Of a stretch of DNA of 64,000 bases, positions 36,873 to 50,398 are shown piece after piece. Positions within the stretch are counted from its first letter, which is position 1. Each line of letters opens with the position of its first letter. The notes under the pieces are model-generated. The model ran no database searches and had not been told where the DNA came from. It saw nothing but the letters and a program-made list of their open reading frames with translations. The position numbers and the translations under genes were made by a program. Source of the DNA: Rhizodiscina lignyota (lineage: Eukaryota); contig ML978122.1 of the NCBI GenBank assembly GCA_010015805.1, forward strand, positions 1,026,453-1,090,452. The letters are read 5' to 3'.

Positions 36873-38159
36873 GACTGGTCTGTAGCTGTGTGGAAAATGG
36901 TTGTAGACACTATAAACTCATGTTCGAGCCCGAAATGAAGAAGAATGGGGATTGTTAGGAGTCAGCAGCAGCGATCCTCATACAAGAGTGCTGCTGTGCG
37001 GCTGGCTGGGCTGGGCTGGGCTGGCTCGGTATGTGAAGGGAGGGCCCGGTGGTGCGGAGGGGCAGGCCGGCGCGGTATTATTACAACGGCAGTCGTGCTA
37101 AATTCCGTTGTAATGGTATGTAATCGCAGCACGCCGTCCACGCGAAACTTCCGGACGCTTTCTGAGCCAACCACACGGCACCGTCATGCACCGGTATGGC
37201 TTTCGGCTGGGTCGAGAATTGCGTGGGCAGCGCTGCGTTTGTCGAAGCGACCTCGCCCCGAGCCAGGTGCAAGGGCTGTCGTGTAAGCAGCTGCTGGAAG
37301 CAACCGGACGGCTACCGTCAACTCTTAACGTCTGACTGTGCCCTTCGACGCCCTGGGGCTGGCGCGCTGCTCAGCGCTGCGTTCTTGCGAAATTGTAGTT
37401 TTGGGAATGTACTGCGGTGTGCGAAGTCGACGGTATCCTGGGAGAGGCACAGGAAGTTCGGGATAGCGAGCAAAAGAGCATATGAAAAGCACCGTTTGTC
37501 CTTTTCCGGGGGCGCCCGCACAGAAAAGCCATGTCGATCTGCTTATGTCGCGCTGCCCAGAGAGCGGAGAGACGCACAATGATGTCTTCGCGAAACCACC
37601 AGTCCCGAGGTGGTTTAACTGTGACCGCACGCGACACCCTCACTTTCCTCAAACAGTACCACGTCAATTGCCGGTAGCAAGAGCCTTAAGCGGCCGTCGT
37701 CATACTCTGTTGACGTGTGAAGTCAGACAGCGTGTAAATCTATAGTGGCGTCGTTGTATACTTGTTGCCTGTACATTTGCGCAGGAACAGTATCCACATC
37801 ATCTCAGCGCAGTAGTTCCCGCTAGTTCTTACCATGCCACTCTTTTGAGGCGTCGGTTGGCTTATACAGGCAAGGGGCCTCTCTAAAGGGCATATCTACT
37901 CGCATACGGAGTTACATCTATCTCCTCACGTGTGCTTCCGAAGGCAAAACTTTTTATTCCAGTCATTCGCACTTGATATTGCAATCATGAGAACCTGTCT
38001 ACGGCAATAAGGTTTGATGCCGCTGGTCATGAGACATAGCACCAAGTCGTAAACGCCATGTCGCCACGATTACTGAAAGTAGAGTTTTACCACGCATTCT
38101 TGGCACCCGCTGAGCAATCCGCGCATCCACGAGCTTAAACGCATCCTCGAAGTAGTCGT

Positions 38160-39251
38160 CTATGCGCCTTTAATCTCGGCGATCCTCTCCTTGACGCGCT
38201 CATTCTTCTCATCCTTGGTGAGCTTCTTGTTCCTGTACTTCAGGCTCTCCTCCTTCCAGTACGACTTGTCCTTCTTCTCGCCTGCCTCCTCGTCCTCCTT
38301 GAAGGGATCCTCACGGATCTGCTTGTGAGCATCCGTATACAGTTCCTCAAGACCGTCCGCCTCGATGTCATCCTCGATGTACATCTTGAACTGCGAGTTG
38401 TAGCGCTCTTCATCGTCATCGGCGAGAGTCTCCATGTACTCAGCCACGTGACCGCCGAAGATGTACTTGCGGAGAGTCTCGGCATCAAGCTCCTTGGACT
38501 CCATGTCGTAGCCAGGGAAACGCTTCTCAGAGTGAGGGATGTAGAGACCACCGTCGGAGGCACCCTTCATAGCGCCGAAGACACGAGCACCGGTTGAGGT
38601 GCGGACCAAGCCAACGTCCAAGAATGCCTTGAAGGGCCTGCGCGTCTCGCCGTCAATCTCGGCTTCCTCAGTCATCGCGATTTCGCCATCGGGCTCTTCC
38701 ACACCCTCAAAGTGCTCATCGAGATTCAGCTTCTTCAGTGTGCGGCGAGCCAGGAGAAGGCCGGTAGCGTAGGCGGCAGCCCAGTTGGTGAGACCGTGTG
38801 CAATGCCATAGCGCTTCAGCTCATGGGCATAAGCGGCCATGAGGACCTTGTCACCACCGAGCTCCGAGCTCACAATCTGGCAGATGATATCCTTGTGCGT
38901 GAAGCGGACGACCAGGCGGTATTTTGGTGCATTGTACTTGTTCCTCGCTTGGGTGACGAGACGCTTGCGGGCATAGTAGTCGGTCTTGCCAGCTCGGCGG
39001 CGCTTGTACTTGACTTGGAAGCGCCTATATTATTGTAAATAGCGGGCAACGAACAAAGAGGGTGTTTTACTTACGAGTAGTACGCACTGTTCTTGACGAG
39101 CTTTGTCTGTAGAGAAAATCCTCAGTCAGCACTTGTCGCTACAGCCCATCCGTAGCATCGTGCGGTGACCTCAAGGTCTACCAAGAGAATAACTTGTCGA
39201 TTGCAAGCGCAAGGCGCTCATCCAAGGGAATTGGGTACTTACGAAAGGCAT
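38160..39251 (-). CDS. RPL5: 60S ribosomal protein L5 (uL18)
   Basis: Spliced MPF|TKLVKNSAYYS|RFQVKYKRRRAGKTDYYARKRL...GLTNWAAAYATGLL...GARVFGAMKGASDGG. Two 5' introns. Confidence 0.97.
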
Positions 39252-39527
39252 CGCGGCGGTATTGACGCGAGCTCAGAGACTTGTCGAAGTAGTGTGGAGG
39301 TTGAGTGGGATTTGGTTGTGGTTCGAATATTTGTGTGCGCGCCAAGAATTCTCAAGCCGCGAATTTCTTCAACATGGGCGAGATCCTAGGTGGGTGACCT
39401 CTACCGATAAGCACTTCGCCGAGTGTACCACAGCACAACAAATTTTCAAGGGAAATCCAGGTTTCTTTTCAAAGGACTATAGATCTGGTGCAAGCATTAG
39501 GAAATTGTTCTAATATCCTCGTCCTTT

Positions 39528-40532
39528 CTATTGCTCTATTTTAACTACAACCTTACCTCTCGCTCTCCCAGTATTCAGTCTCTCGAAAGCTTCTTTCAAC
39601 TTCTCAAACTCAAACTCGCTGTCAATTATAATCTTCTCTGTCGGTAGCTTCTTGCTCTCCTCTAGCCAGTCATTTCTCAGTTCAAGATTAATGCAATCGT
39701 AAACCACACCAAGCCCCAACCTCCCCAGCGCCCATCGCACATGCATCCAAGGATGGAACAGATACAGCATGCTCCCTCCGATTGATAATCTACTCGTCTT
39801 ATCACCTACGATAGTAACATATCGTTTCGCAATACTCAAGCACTCCGTGCCTCCCACGCAGTCGACGATAGCATCTGGCTTTGCAGCGCGCATCCTATCC
39901 GGGACGCTCTCTTTCGTATAATCAATAATATCAGCGGCTCCCATGCTCTTCACGAAGTCCGTGTTTCTTCCAGAACAGCTCGCAACGACGTTCCAGCCCT
40001 TCTGCTTGGCGAGATGCACCACGTACATCCCAGTCGCGGAGCTCCCACCAAGCACACCAACCGTCTTTGATCCAGCCATGTACGGCTCTATGCTCTCGAT
40101 GCATGTCCTCGCAGTCAACCACACCAGCGGCAGCGCAGCAGCTTGGACGCGCGACCAGCCCTCCGGCTTCTTCACAATCGCGCTCTTCTTCGTGTCTATC
40201 GTCTGCACCTCCGCAAGTGTGCCTCCGGCGCCGAAGATATCTATAGCCATGCCATAGACCTCATCGCCTTCTTTGAGCTCCGTTTCTGGTCCTGCGCGCA
40301 ATATGGTACCCGAGAAGTCGCATCCTACGCCCTTCTCTCCGTCCATGAATGGTAGCGACCATATCGGGAGGTTCATCACTTGTATGTCAACAGGATTGAG
40401 GGCGGCGGCATGGATGCGAACTAGTACTTGGGACGGCGAGAGGGTCGAGGGTTGTGAGAGGGTAGACTGTTTCAAACAGTTCGGGTAGCCGCCTTTGGAG
40501 TTCGTCCAGGCTTTTACTGAGGTATCAGCCAT
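39528..40532 (-). CDS. MDR-superfamily NADPH quinone oxidoreductase, Yim1/Ast1-like
   Basis: Motifs HAAALNPVD, GCDFSG, AAALPLVWLTA, VLGGSSATG, DCVGG and GRARGKVVV. Confidence 0.88.
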   Translation of the reverse strand: MADTSVKAWTNSKGGYPNCLKQSTLSQPSTLSPSQVLVRIHAAALNPVDIQVMNLPIWSLPFMDGEKGVGCDFSGTILRAGPETELKEGDEVYGMAIDIFGAGGTLAEVQTIDTKKSAIVKKPEGWSRVQAAALPLVWLTARTCIESIEPYMAGSKTVGVLGGSSATGMYVVHLAKQKGWNVVASCSGRNTDFVKSMGAADIIDYTKESVPDRMRAAKPDAIVDCVGGTECLSIAKRYVTIVGDKTSRLSIGGSMLYLFHPWMHVRWALGRLGLGVVYDCINLELRNDWLEESKKLPTEKIIIDSEFEFEKLKEAFERLNTGRARGKVVVKIEQ

Positions 40533-41851
40533 CGTCAATTGCTTTGATTAGGTGTGGTACGAAGGTCGTAGGAGGTGTCCCAGGGAACCACGAGGATATG
40601 GGTTTTAGAGAAGCCATTGTGGACGGAGCGCGTCAAGATTAAGGGTACAGCGGTTTGCAGCACTGACGTCGTCCAGTGCTCCGTTTTCGTCTTCTCGACT
40701 GTCAATTCCTGACCCGATTTTTGCGGGGAGAGAAAAGATACGCCGAAGTACTACTGTGATAGGTCTACCGATTGTAAATCAAGCAAGGGCGTTGTATAAG
40801 TTGCCCTCAAGCCTACAAGCACCGGACCGAATTAGCCGAAGAGCTTAACCCACCGCGCAGTATTTCAAGCTCGGAAGATCGAGAATCAACCATTGGAGGA
40901 CGCCAGTGCCGCGAACTGCTGTACCTGCTACGACGTCGTGACGCACCAAGGTGGAGCTGTCGCAGGAGTCCTGTCGGAGAGAACTCAAGATTATAAATGA
41001 GCTCTATCGGGTTTAGCCGCCGATATCATGGCAAAGTCGCTCGAAAAGGGGTTAGCTCTTTACGATCCACCAACCAGCAACGGGCACGGCCAAATTAGTC
41101 TTCACTTAATAGGTTTCGCAGGAGGCCCTTCGGTATATCCATCTCGATCTTTCAGAAGCCGAGACCCAAAGCGCAACTCTTGTCTCAGTAACGACCACCG
41201 ACTCGGAAGCCGATTCGATTGGACATAGCGTTTGTGACTCGTAAACCGCACTGGCGGCAAGGAACAACTCACTAAGGCACGGTAAAGTAATCTAATGCAC
41301 TTTTTAAGATGCGATTGCAGAGCACCTTCACAGACATAGACCAGACTGCAGTCGAGTAATGCATAAGGAACTTGATGTTGTGCGGTTCTTATCGCCGCTT
41401 GTTATGCAGTCGTCTCCGGTTATATCCAGCCCCGTCTAGAGATCACGGTGTATCTCGTCCACTTTTCCCGCCCAAAAGGAAAAGACAACACATTACCCAC
41501 AAACCAATGGCCACAAATAGGCCGGTAACATCTGGGGTATCCTACAAGAACAGCAAAAGTGGTCAAATCACGCAAGGAAATACAAGAATGGAGGTTGAAA
41601 CAGATATGGAAAACGCCTCGTGATGCATGCAGATGCAAACAACAGCTACCGACAGTGTGTGTGCGGTCCTAGCTGATATGCTCCTCTTCTCGTCGTTCGT
41701 CTCGTGTGTATTCGTCGAGATGTCTTGATGTTACTCTGTGGATTGAAATCCATCGCCCTGGTCTAATAACCTAGATTTTGCCGTTCCTGATGCCGGACTC
41801 GGCCTCGGTATTGGGCTTAGACGTAGACCCGCTACGCCCAGCCCCTAACCG

Positions 41852-44663
41852 TCAACCTTTACCACCCAGAAACCCAAATCGGTTCCTGTGACTCCCCTTA
41901 CTCCCACCAGTCCCCACCGTGCTTGAGCTCCCCGATTTGGTGATAGACGAGACGCTCGGCTTCTTCTGCACCAAGCTCTTCATGCTCTGCTTGGGAGTGG
42001 GGAGTTTGCTTTGCTTCGGTGTTGTAGGCGCTGGCGGAACTGGCGGGCTGTTCTTCTCCCTCGATTGCTGCGGGCTCAACGACGTTTCCTTTGGAGTCGC
42101 ATAGATTTCCTTCTCTGCACCACTTTCGGTGTCGGCTCCCTCTGGCTCGCGAGCGCGGCCACGCCTTCTGTGATCATGTCCATCGTCCTCGTCCTCGGAG
42201 GAGTCGTAGTCTAGCCCTGAGAATCGCGACTGCTGGCCCTGCGCGATCATAGCTTCGTCATCAGCGTTGTTGAATGTCATGCTCCCTTGCGAGCCGAAGA
42301 CATCCTCTGGGCTTGGCGTAGGGTATAGGCCTGTAGGGCCTCGTGCCTTCACTTCTCCATAGCAGTGGGGATTCAGCGGGTTGTATTGAAAGTTTGCGCT
42401 CCCGCGAACAATCGTGTTGAGCTCGCCCAGTTGCTGATGTACATGGTGCATTTGGGCCGCGAACTCTTTCCTCTTGGAGCGCTCATACCGCAAAGCCGCA
42501 TAGAGTGGAGCGAGATGGTCATAAATGTTCGGAGAAGGCAGTGAGGAGGGACCTGGGTTTGAACTTGAGGCAGCGTAGTCGTATGATCCCACAGTTGGAA
42601 CTGGATTTTGATGTTGATACATCTGTGAGTTCATAGAGTTGGATGGGAGGGGTGAAGCGGAGTAAGAATGAAAAGGCTGCTGGGAATGGCTGGGCAAAGT
42701 TGGCGTTAGGGGTGAAGAGGGGTCTCCTGATGGCGAGTCCTGGTTCTGGGGTATAAACTCCGTGGTAGACTGCATGTGGCTTGCATGCCTTGGTCTCTGG
42801 TCCTTGGAGTAATAGCTTCCACCTGAGGAGTTCTCCTCACCATTTTCCCTCCTTCCTTTCGGTGCGTTTTCAAGAATGATTGTCCGCCGATTGCTGGAGT
42901 TCTCGAGCTTGTACACCAGCTGCTCCAACTTGCAGATCCTATCCTCGAGGCTTTCTCTCATCTTCTCGACCTCTACTACGTCAGCCACTGGGCGCGAGAA
43001 ATTCCTTGAATGGCCGAGAAGACTGCCATGTACTACCAATGTGTTCCGGTCGTCCGTAAATGGCCGATCAAACGAATGAGGTGGTCTCACATCCTCGGGA
43101 CTTGGCTTCTCGAAGCTTGCACGCTCATTCGGAGGAGTGCGTCGTTGCATCAGTGAGTCTTCATCGTCTTCATCTACGTCGGCATGCCCATGCTCATCTT
43201 CAGATTGTGCAATATGCGCGGTTTTCATGCTAGTGCCAGACCCCATGGAAGACTCAGTGGTCTCCTGGCGCTTGAGCGATTCCTCTCTCGGTTCCTCTCT
43301 CGGTTCCTCTCGAAGTGGTTCGAAATCGTGTGTCTGAACTCCAGCTGTGAGACTGGCTCTCCAGTATTCGATCTCTGCTTGTCGCCCACTAGCTTTTGCC
43401 TCCTCGACACCTGGCTGTTGCTGCATGATTTCGTGCTCCTTCGCAATGACATTCAATGCATCGGCACTACGCGACCGGCGCCGGCTCGAATATCCACTCG
43501 CACTTGTAATTGCCATGCCAATGTCCGGCGTTGGGGTATTCTTTTTCCTCAGTTCCTCATCAACTGCTCCTCCCTCTATCTCCTTGTCCCAGATCGCGCC
43601 CAATGCGGCTATGTCTGTGGGGCTGAGAATCAAGCTTGGAAGCGTCGCTCGTCTCCTTGGAACCTTGCCATCGGTACCTGAAGGTTCAAAGGTCTGAGGG
43701 AGGTATGGGTGGTGATCAGAAGCACGAGGAGGCGACGGCTCCGGCGCATTCACGTTCATGGGAAATGGTAGGTGAGAACCCAGAGGCGTTCTGGTTGTGA
43801 TATCATGCACAGGAAGCTTCATAGGATCGATTGGAGGTTTGCGCTCGGATGCGAATTGACTGATATTGTGGGTGGTATTCGAGCGCGTCAGGGCATCCTG
43901 CTCGCTGTCCTGCTTTAATTCTGTCAGTGATGCTTAATGTGATACGACAAGGGAAGCGAACATTAACCATCCAATCTCCAATTTCACGGGCTCTGGATCC
44001 CTTGCGAGAAGGAGTACGGTCGTCTTTCTCCTTCTTGCTGCCACTGCCACCGAACATTTTCCTGAGCACGGCCCGGAGAGTTCCACTTCCACGCTTCTTG
44101 TCCTTTGGGCTGTCCTTGATGTCCTCGTCCCCACTGGCCTCGTAAGATCCTCTCACAGAATTGCCGGACATGACACCGGAATTGCGCTTGTTCTCCGAGG
44201 GACTGGCTCTTTTGGCACGCAGACTTGACCTATTGTACTGAGTCCTTGGGACGAGTGAGGACTGCGTCGGAAGCACCTCTACGCTTTTTAGAGCACGGGA
44301 ATGATGAGCGGCCGGATCTCCTGTGGTTATGGTGGTCACACCTCCATTTCCATTTGGCACTACACGACGTCTGGTTGGCGGCCGCCCGTCATACAATCCA
44401 TGGAACTGTGGAGGTTGAGGTGGCCTTATATCAGTCAGGGCCGCAGGCTCCTGGCTTCCATCATCTGCGGATACAACAATCTCGGCTGCAGGCACAGCTG
44501 ATAGAGATGCAGGTCCAGGGACATCTCCATCATGCGCATCCGAGATGGGAATGGGGTTGCTAATCTTAATCTCCCCTCGACGGATGGCTGCTGCGGTAGT
44601 CAAGCTGTTCCTCGCTGCGTGCCGAGGAGGAGAGGGAGACGGTGCGTCTGCCTGTGTGACCAT
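41852..44663 (-). CDS. Large low-complexity fungal protein of unknown function with short coiled coils
   Basis: Two long ORFs can be joined by an intron near 43910-43968 (CTGAC branch, CAG acceptor; downstream DSEQDALTRS... is in frame with MKLPV). Motifs KISNPIP, RRATLPS and RRRSRSADAL. Confidence 0.75.
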
Positions 44664-46577
44664 GGCGGAGAGGGAAGGGAAGGGGGATTTAAATTATCCT
44701 GTGCAGCATGATCGGATGGACGCATGCGCCACGCGAACTCTGATCGAGTCGCAGATTGGATTCCGGCAGGAAGGGTTGGGTTGGATGAGGTGGAGTTTGG
44801 GAAATGCGAGTGCACGTTACACCACATACACCACCATCGATATGGTGGAAGTGATGGTGGTTGGTCCGGGTTGCACGGCCGCTCCCGCACTATACACGCG
44901 GCATAATTTGCTGAAAGCACGACTCCAGAGAGGGGTTTGAACGATAAGGCTGGAGAAAATGAAGTCAGAGGCAGATCGGCGTGATAAAGTTCAACGTGAG
45001 CGATGTGCTGACTAGAAGCATACGAGGGTTCACCCAAACTCGGAAGGGCGGCGAACGGCCTGTAATCTCAAATGATGACGACAACGAGGAGAGGTCAAAG
45101 CAGGACGGAGGGATCTGTGTCTTGGATCCTGAAGAGAGAAGGCGGAGAGAGAGGGGAGAGGGGAAGAAGTCGAGCTCGAGAGCAGAGGCTCAGGCGGCGC
45201 CGAGTCTGGTACGGATATAAGACAGTCGACAGGCCAAGCAAGATTGAGCAAGAGGCAGGGCCATATGTACGGTCAAATAGACTCGCAGGGCGAAACCGGT
45301 CGCCTCGCGTCAGTCTGTCACCGACTCAGCGGCATGTGGGAGAGCCAAGCGAGAGGATAGAGGATGTTTTAGAGGGAAGCAGGGGACTCTGCGACGCCAG
45401 TGGTCAGATGGGCCAGCGGTTTGATGGAGTATGGTGTGCAGATGGGCGGGCGATGGCAAAAGATACGGAACGTCAGGGTTCGCCTGGCTGGGAAACTAGT
45501 GGAGGGTGGAGAGGGGCAAGAGGCAAACCTCAGGACCTCGAGGTCAAGCAAGCTGTTTCAGGCCCATGTGGACGCAGGAAGCTTTGATGCAAGGAGCCCC
45601 AGCGTGAGAAGGGGATAGTGTGCCGCGATGGCGCAAGACGCTTTGAGCAGATTGAGAAGAACAGGCTGAAAAGGCGCCGCAATTGGTTGAAACAGTGGCC
45701 GAGTGTGGAGGCCCGCGTTGCCCGCTAGCAAAGCATCTATACCACGCTTACACGCTTATGAACGGCGCGCAAGAAGCAGTGCGGAGCGCCTTTTGCTGAA
45801 TGCGTGGCCCGTCACCGCGCTAGATCGTCTTATGGCTGGCGATGGAACGGCGGATTCCACGTGGAATGCGAGCACGGATTCCGTCGAAGGCTCGAAACGC
45901 TCGCTTGCGCCTTTGATGGGGAGTGAGGTGGGATAAGACATATCAAGACGCAGGTGTACGCAAGGCACGACTCCCTCGTCGCATAGCTCCAGAGGCCGCT
46001 ATACAAGGACTCACTTAGCTCCCGAACGCACTCTCATGAGCAGCCAGTGAAGTCGTTCCCATTTGCTTCCGACGCTGCGAGTCATGGCCGGAGCCACCCC
46101 ATCAACGTCGCGGCAGCGGGCCTTTATTAGGCTTTCGATCGAGAGGGCTCTCCCGCTCCGACATGGACAGGTTGCCTATCTACCTGGCTAGTCAGACATG
46201 TCGTACTGTATCTGAATTCCTCCGTACGTATCCAAGGGAGTCCCAGGAGAGCATCAGCAGGGCCCAGGTATCGCGAGCCAGCTGATGCTCCGACAGTGAC
46301 ACTCGCACGGCCCGCGTCTATTCACGGTGAAAAGACGATTGAAACTTGAGAGCTCGGTCGCCGCGATCCTCATGCCCCTGCCGATAGAAGTCCTATTAAA
46401 ACTGCATCACCGCGTCGGATATCCCACCGTCCAGCTCTACCGCGCCTCGCGCGTGCGTCTGCATCACATTTTAACGTTTCTCCTTACCGGGCTGTCGTCG
46501 CATGTCGCGACGTCAAGGGGATTTGACTCCGCCGGCTGTGACGCCCAGACCCTTTCAATCCTGGGCTTTATTGAGCC

Positions 46578-49224
46578 TCACGCGCCGCATATTTCCTCGT
46601 ATAACTCGCCCGCGTTGGGATATCTGAGGTCCGCTTTCTCCTCCAAGTATGCCATCCACCGCTTTAGGAACCCGCTTCCCCTATGTGAGGTCAGTCAGTA
46701 CCCCAGGCCAACCTGCATCGGATGCGCGCGGCGCAGTGAGAGGATTCACAACCTCACCGGTTGCTCGTTACGTACCTGCCAACGCTCTCCGAGTCCCCAA
46801 TTACGCAGAGATGTCTCTTGGGACGTGTCATTGCAACTAGCGGAAGATTCATGTCGCATTAGCCTTTTGCTCTTTTGTTTTTCCACCGTGCCCTGGCCTG
46901 CCTGCGAATCCTGCAAGCAAAACTGTAGCATGCAGGAGAGAGCGGCAAGCGCAGCCTCTCGGAGTGCCCCATTACTCTCTCCCATGCGAACGGCATGCTG
47001 CAAGACGTTACACTTACCGTTGAGGCGCCTTTGTTCCCCCAGGAAGCCAACCTCGTGCTCCGCATTGCTCCTGACCAGGCTCAGCACCACGGCTTCCTTC
47101 TCGCGACCCTGGAAGCCATCAACGCTGCCTAGTTCGAGTCCTGGGAATGCTTCCTTAAGCATCTGAGACAGTATCGCAAGCTGATAACGAATTAGTATGT
47201 TATGCGCCCGATGGCCCGACCCGGGCGCGCGTGACCGGTGAGAATAGGCGAAGAAGAAAAAGAAGATTGTCTGGAGACCCCTTATACATACCTGCGCGTT
47301 ATATGGTGTCACGACAGCTATATCTTCAGGGTGTACGCCTGCCTGGACAAGGTTGCGGACATGCACCTTCACCAATGCGGCTTCGAGCTCATTACTCTTG
47401 CTTTCGCCCAACATCAATGATCCTTTCTTCTTCCCTTCGCCAATCTCATCGTCTTCAGTCTTCTCAAGAAATTCTCCGCCTTGTGTATCCCAGAATACAA
47501 GGGGCTCCCTGGTGTCTTCGCTATCTTCCACCTCGTATGGCAGATCCTTGAGCAGTCTAGCTTTAACTGCTTCAGCGGCGACAAGCTTCCCCTCGTAAAG
47601 CTCTTCAGACGGGAACCTCATGATCTTCTCGTGCATCCGGTACTGTGTCGTTAGCATTCTCTTTATCCTGTCCCCATGCAGATCCAACAGCCTATCAAAC
47701 ATTGTCACTTCCAATGTCACTTTCACACCGGCACCACTTCCCTCTTTTGCATGTTCTTTTGCGTCACCATTCTTCTCAGCCTTCTTGCTGCTTTTGCTCT
47801 CCTTTGCAGTTTTCGAATTACGCGATTTTATTGTCGGCGGCAGCTGAAGATGATCGCCGGCCAGGACAAGCTTTCGAACACCCGTTGCGATAACTGGAAC
47901 CCAACATGCAGCTTCGAGCGCCTGACTCGCCTCGTCCACGATCACCACGTCAAACGCCGGCTTGCCGCCTTGCGCAGTCGCTTTAACGTGCCATCCACCA
48001 GCTCCGTGCAATGTTGCGAGCACAACCTTGCTGCCGCCCACCAGAGCATCGGTGCAATTCCTCTCCCTTTCCCTATACTCTTTCCTCAATTCCTTCAGAT
48101 CTGTATAGATCTGCCTCCGCTCCCTGCCATTTCTCGTCTTTCGTATGCTGGCTTGCTTTGCATCCATCTCGTTTCGGATATCCTTCACCAACTCTGCTGC
48201 GTCGCTGGTTCTCGTTAACACATCCAAGGAGTGCTGTACTACAGATGGCAGCAGCCGCGCGGGGTGCCCCACACGAACCATGGGGACCTTGTGCGATGCC
48301 AGGCGCTCGACAATGTTGTCCACGCTAATGTTCGACGGTCCGCACACTAGTAACCGCTGGTTTTGCTTGAGAAGCTGAAGGATTAGTTCGATTAGCGTGT
48401 GGGTTTTCCCTGTGCCTGGTGGGCCGTGGATGAGAGCGACGTCTGGCGCTGCTAGCGCAAACTTGACGGCCTCTTTTTGAGAGTCATTCAGAGATGGATC
48501 AATCCATGGTAGACTTTCCAGTTCTCGAAGTGTCTCCGGGTTGGGAGGCGTAGGAGAAGCTTGACCAAAGAGGACACGCATAAGGATCGTGTGAGAGGAC
48601 TCTGGAAGTTGCTGAAGGGACCGCATCGTGTCGTTCATCCTGACAAACCGTCAGGACCACAATCTCACAGTGACACAAATCAAAAGTGCACGATATACCT
48701 CTTGTATGTAACGTCATTCGCCAATTTGACACTATTATATACACAATCAGCCTCTGCTCTGCCACACACAAGCAGACATCCACGTACATCCACACCCGTC
48801 CACTCGGAACTTCCGCATCCTCCTTGTCCAGCGCCACGCTCACTCCCGCAGCTCCAACCTTCGTCACCACCCCATTGACGCCCTTCTCCTTCTTCTCGCT
48901 CTTCTCCCCCTTCTTCGCCGCGCCAGAAACAGCCTCCTGCACCCCGACAATGTCGCCCGTCCGGATCCCATGCTCAGGCAGCCCAGCCTCCGCCCCTCCA
49001 ACCGCGGAGTCCAGCTCCAGCTCGATCACCGTCTTGCCACCTAGGCCAGTGCGCTGTGACGTCACGCTGAGATTGAGGATCGCGAGGCCGGCACGCTGGA
49101 GGGACTTGGGCGAGGCGTTGGAGGTGAGCGCGGCGGTTTCAGCGAGCTCTGCTTTGAGCTCGGCGTCGAGGAGCTTGAGCTGGGTGGATGCGAAGGCGGG
49201 GATGTCTGTGGGTGTTGGCGCCAT
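46578..49224 (-). CDS. HCS1: DNA polymerase alpha-associated SF1 helicase (Hcs1/IGHMBP2)
   Basis: Motifs GPPGTGKT, DEASQ, GDHLQLPP, QYRM and SVDGFQGREKE; spliced RRLN|VAMTRPKRHL and GSGFLKRWMAYLEEKADLRYP...* (stop at 46578-46580). Several introns. Confidence 0.93.
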
Positions 49225-49945
49225 GATGGCGAGTTGAGAAGAGGAAAAGGGCAGATGGAAGAGACTAGTTGAGAGGGAGAGAATGCGGAAGGTGGATTAA
49301 ATGGGAAATGGAGGTGGGTTGTGTTTGTGTAGATTGGTCCTTGTTACGCATGAAGAGCTGTAGCTTTTGGCTTCAAAGGCGGTAGGAGACAGCAGAACTA
49401 TAAACACCGATAGCTCCGGTGTCGGCTATTTTTCGGGCACGCTTGGCCTCGATGAAGTGTGAAAGGGTGAAGCAATAATCGAATTTTGTTCTTCAAGCCA
49501 GTTGAAAGCATCGCTAGAAATTTAGTTCAATCTACTTCAGGCTTTGTTTGAGCGACTTGCATAGCTTTGGCAAGTAGGATCTCTCTAAATTAAAGAAACT
49601 ATGCATCAAAGCGCTTCAGTGTGTCGAAGCTGTACGTAATTCTTTTTCCTCATCTTCTTCAGTCCAAGCGAGCGCATCCCAGGAAGTTATGTTCAATGTA
49701 CTTTGGTCCGTGTTGATTGAATTGCACAGCTGCGATGAACTTGATCTATCTTTACTAAACTGTCATCTATGTAAACAATCCTTGTCAAAGTTGCAACCAA
49801 GAAAACGAGAGACAATCTATTGCATTCTTGAACCCAAACAGCGCCGATGAAATCAAAGTCTCAGAAAACGCCGACAACTCTATGACACTACTCGTACATC
49901 CAACATTCATAAGACCCGTCACACCTCTTTCCGATGACCATTCGC

Positions 49946-50398
49946 CTAGAAGTTAGGGCAGTTGAATCCATTGACCTCTGGGAACTCATTGTCGAAGATT
50001 TTGTTGATCTTCTTCGCTTGGTCGTGGGTAGCTGTGAATTGGACGAACATGTGGTGTTTCTTGGTCGGCTTGCACTCTTGAAGTCCAGAACCGAGAGTTT
50101 TGCCGATCTTGCCGCTCAAAGAGTGGCAGTGGGACTTCTTGAACGGCTCGCCGATGTGAATCTTGTACGTCACGTCGGTGATGAAGTCCGTGGCCTTGCA
50201 AGACTGTGCGCCTTTCGCGACGTCCTCTACGAGATCGACGGAGGGATCAAAGGCCGCGCTCGAACCGGCAGCCGGTGCGCTGGATGTGGTAGCTGCTGCA
50301 CTGGAGCTCGCTGCTGGTGCGGCCGAGCTGGCGGTAGGCGCTGCGAATGTGGAGCCTGCCGCGAGAAGGCTTGTGAGGAAGATGGTTGAGAATTGCAT
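49946..50398 (-). CDS. Small secreted protein with Ala/Ser-rich linker and 4-Cys C-terminal domain
   Basis: Signal peptide MQFSTIFLTSLLAAGSTFA-AP; strong codon bias; TATTTAA about 115 bp upstream. Confidence 0.8.
   Translation of the reverse strand: MQFSTIFLTSLLAAGSTFAAPTASSAAPAASSSAAATTSSAPAAGSSAAFDPSVDLVEDVAKGAQSCKATDFITDVTYKIHIGEPFKKSHCHSLSGKIGKTLGSGLQECKPTKKHHMFVQFTATHDQAKKINKIFDNEFPEVNGFNCPNF

Noticed and set aside
32894..37027. Short microsatellites: (AAAAAC)n near 32900 and (GGGCT)n near 37010
   Set aside because: Only 3-4 units each; ordinary UTR or promoter simple repeats.
21092..39330. GGTTCGA T-loop-like words (e.g. near 21093, 32262, 39320)
   Set aside because: No flanking cloverleaf stems or A-box seen, so no tRNA is called.
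43280..43311. 12-nt tandem repeat encoding EEPREEPREES
   Set aside because: Short coding slippage repeat in a disordered protein; not a CRISPR-like or mobile feature.
46327..47166. 279-aa plus-strand ORF
   Set aside because: Overlaps the last HCS1 exons and introns antisense; no recognisable domain.
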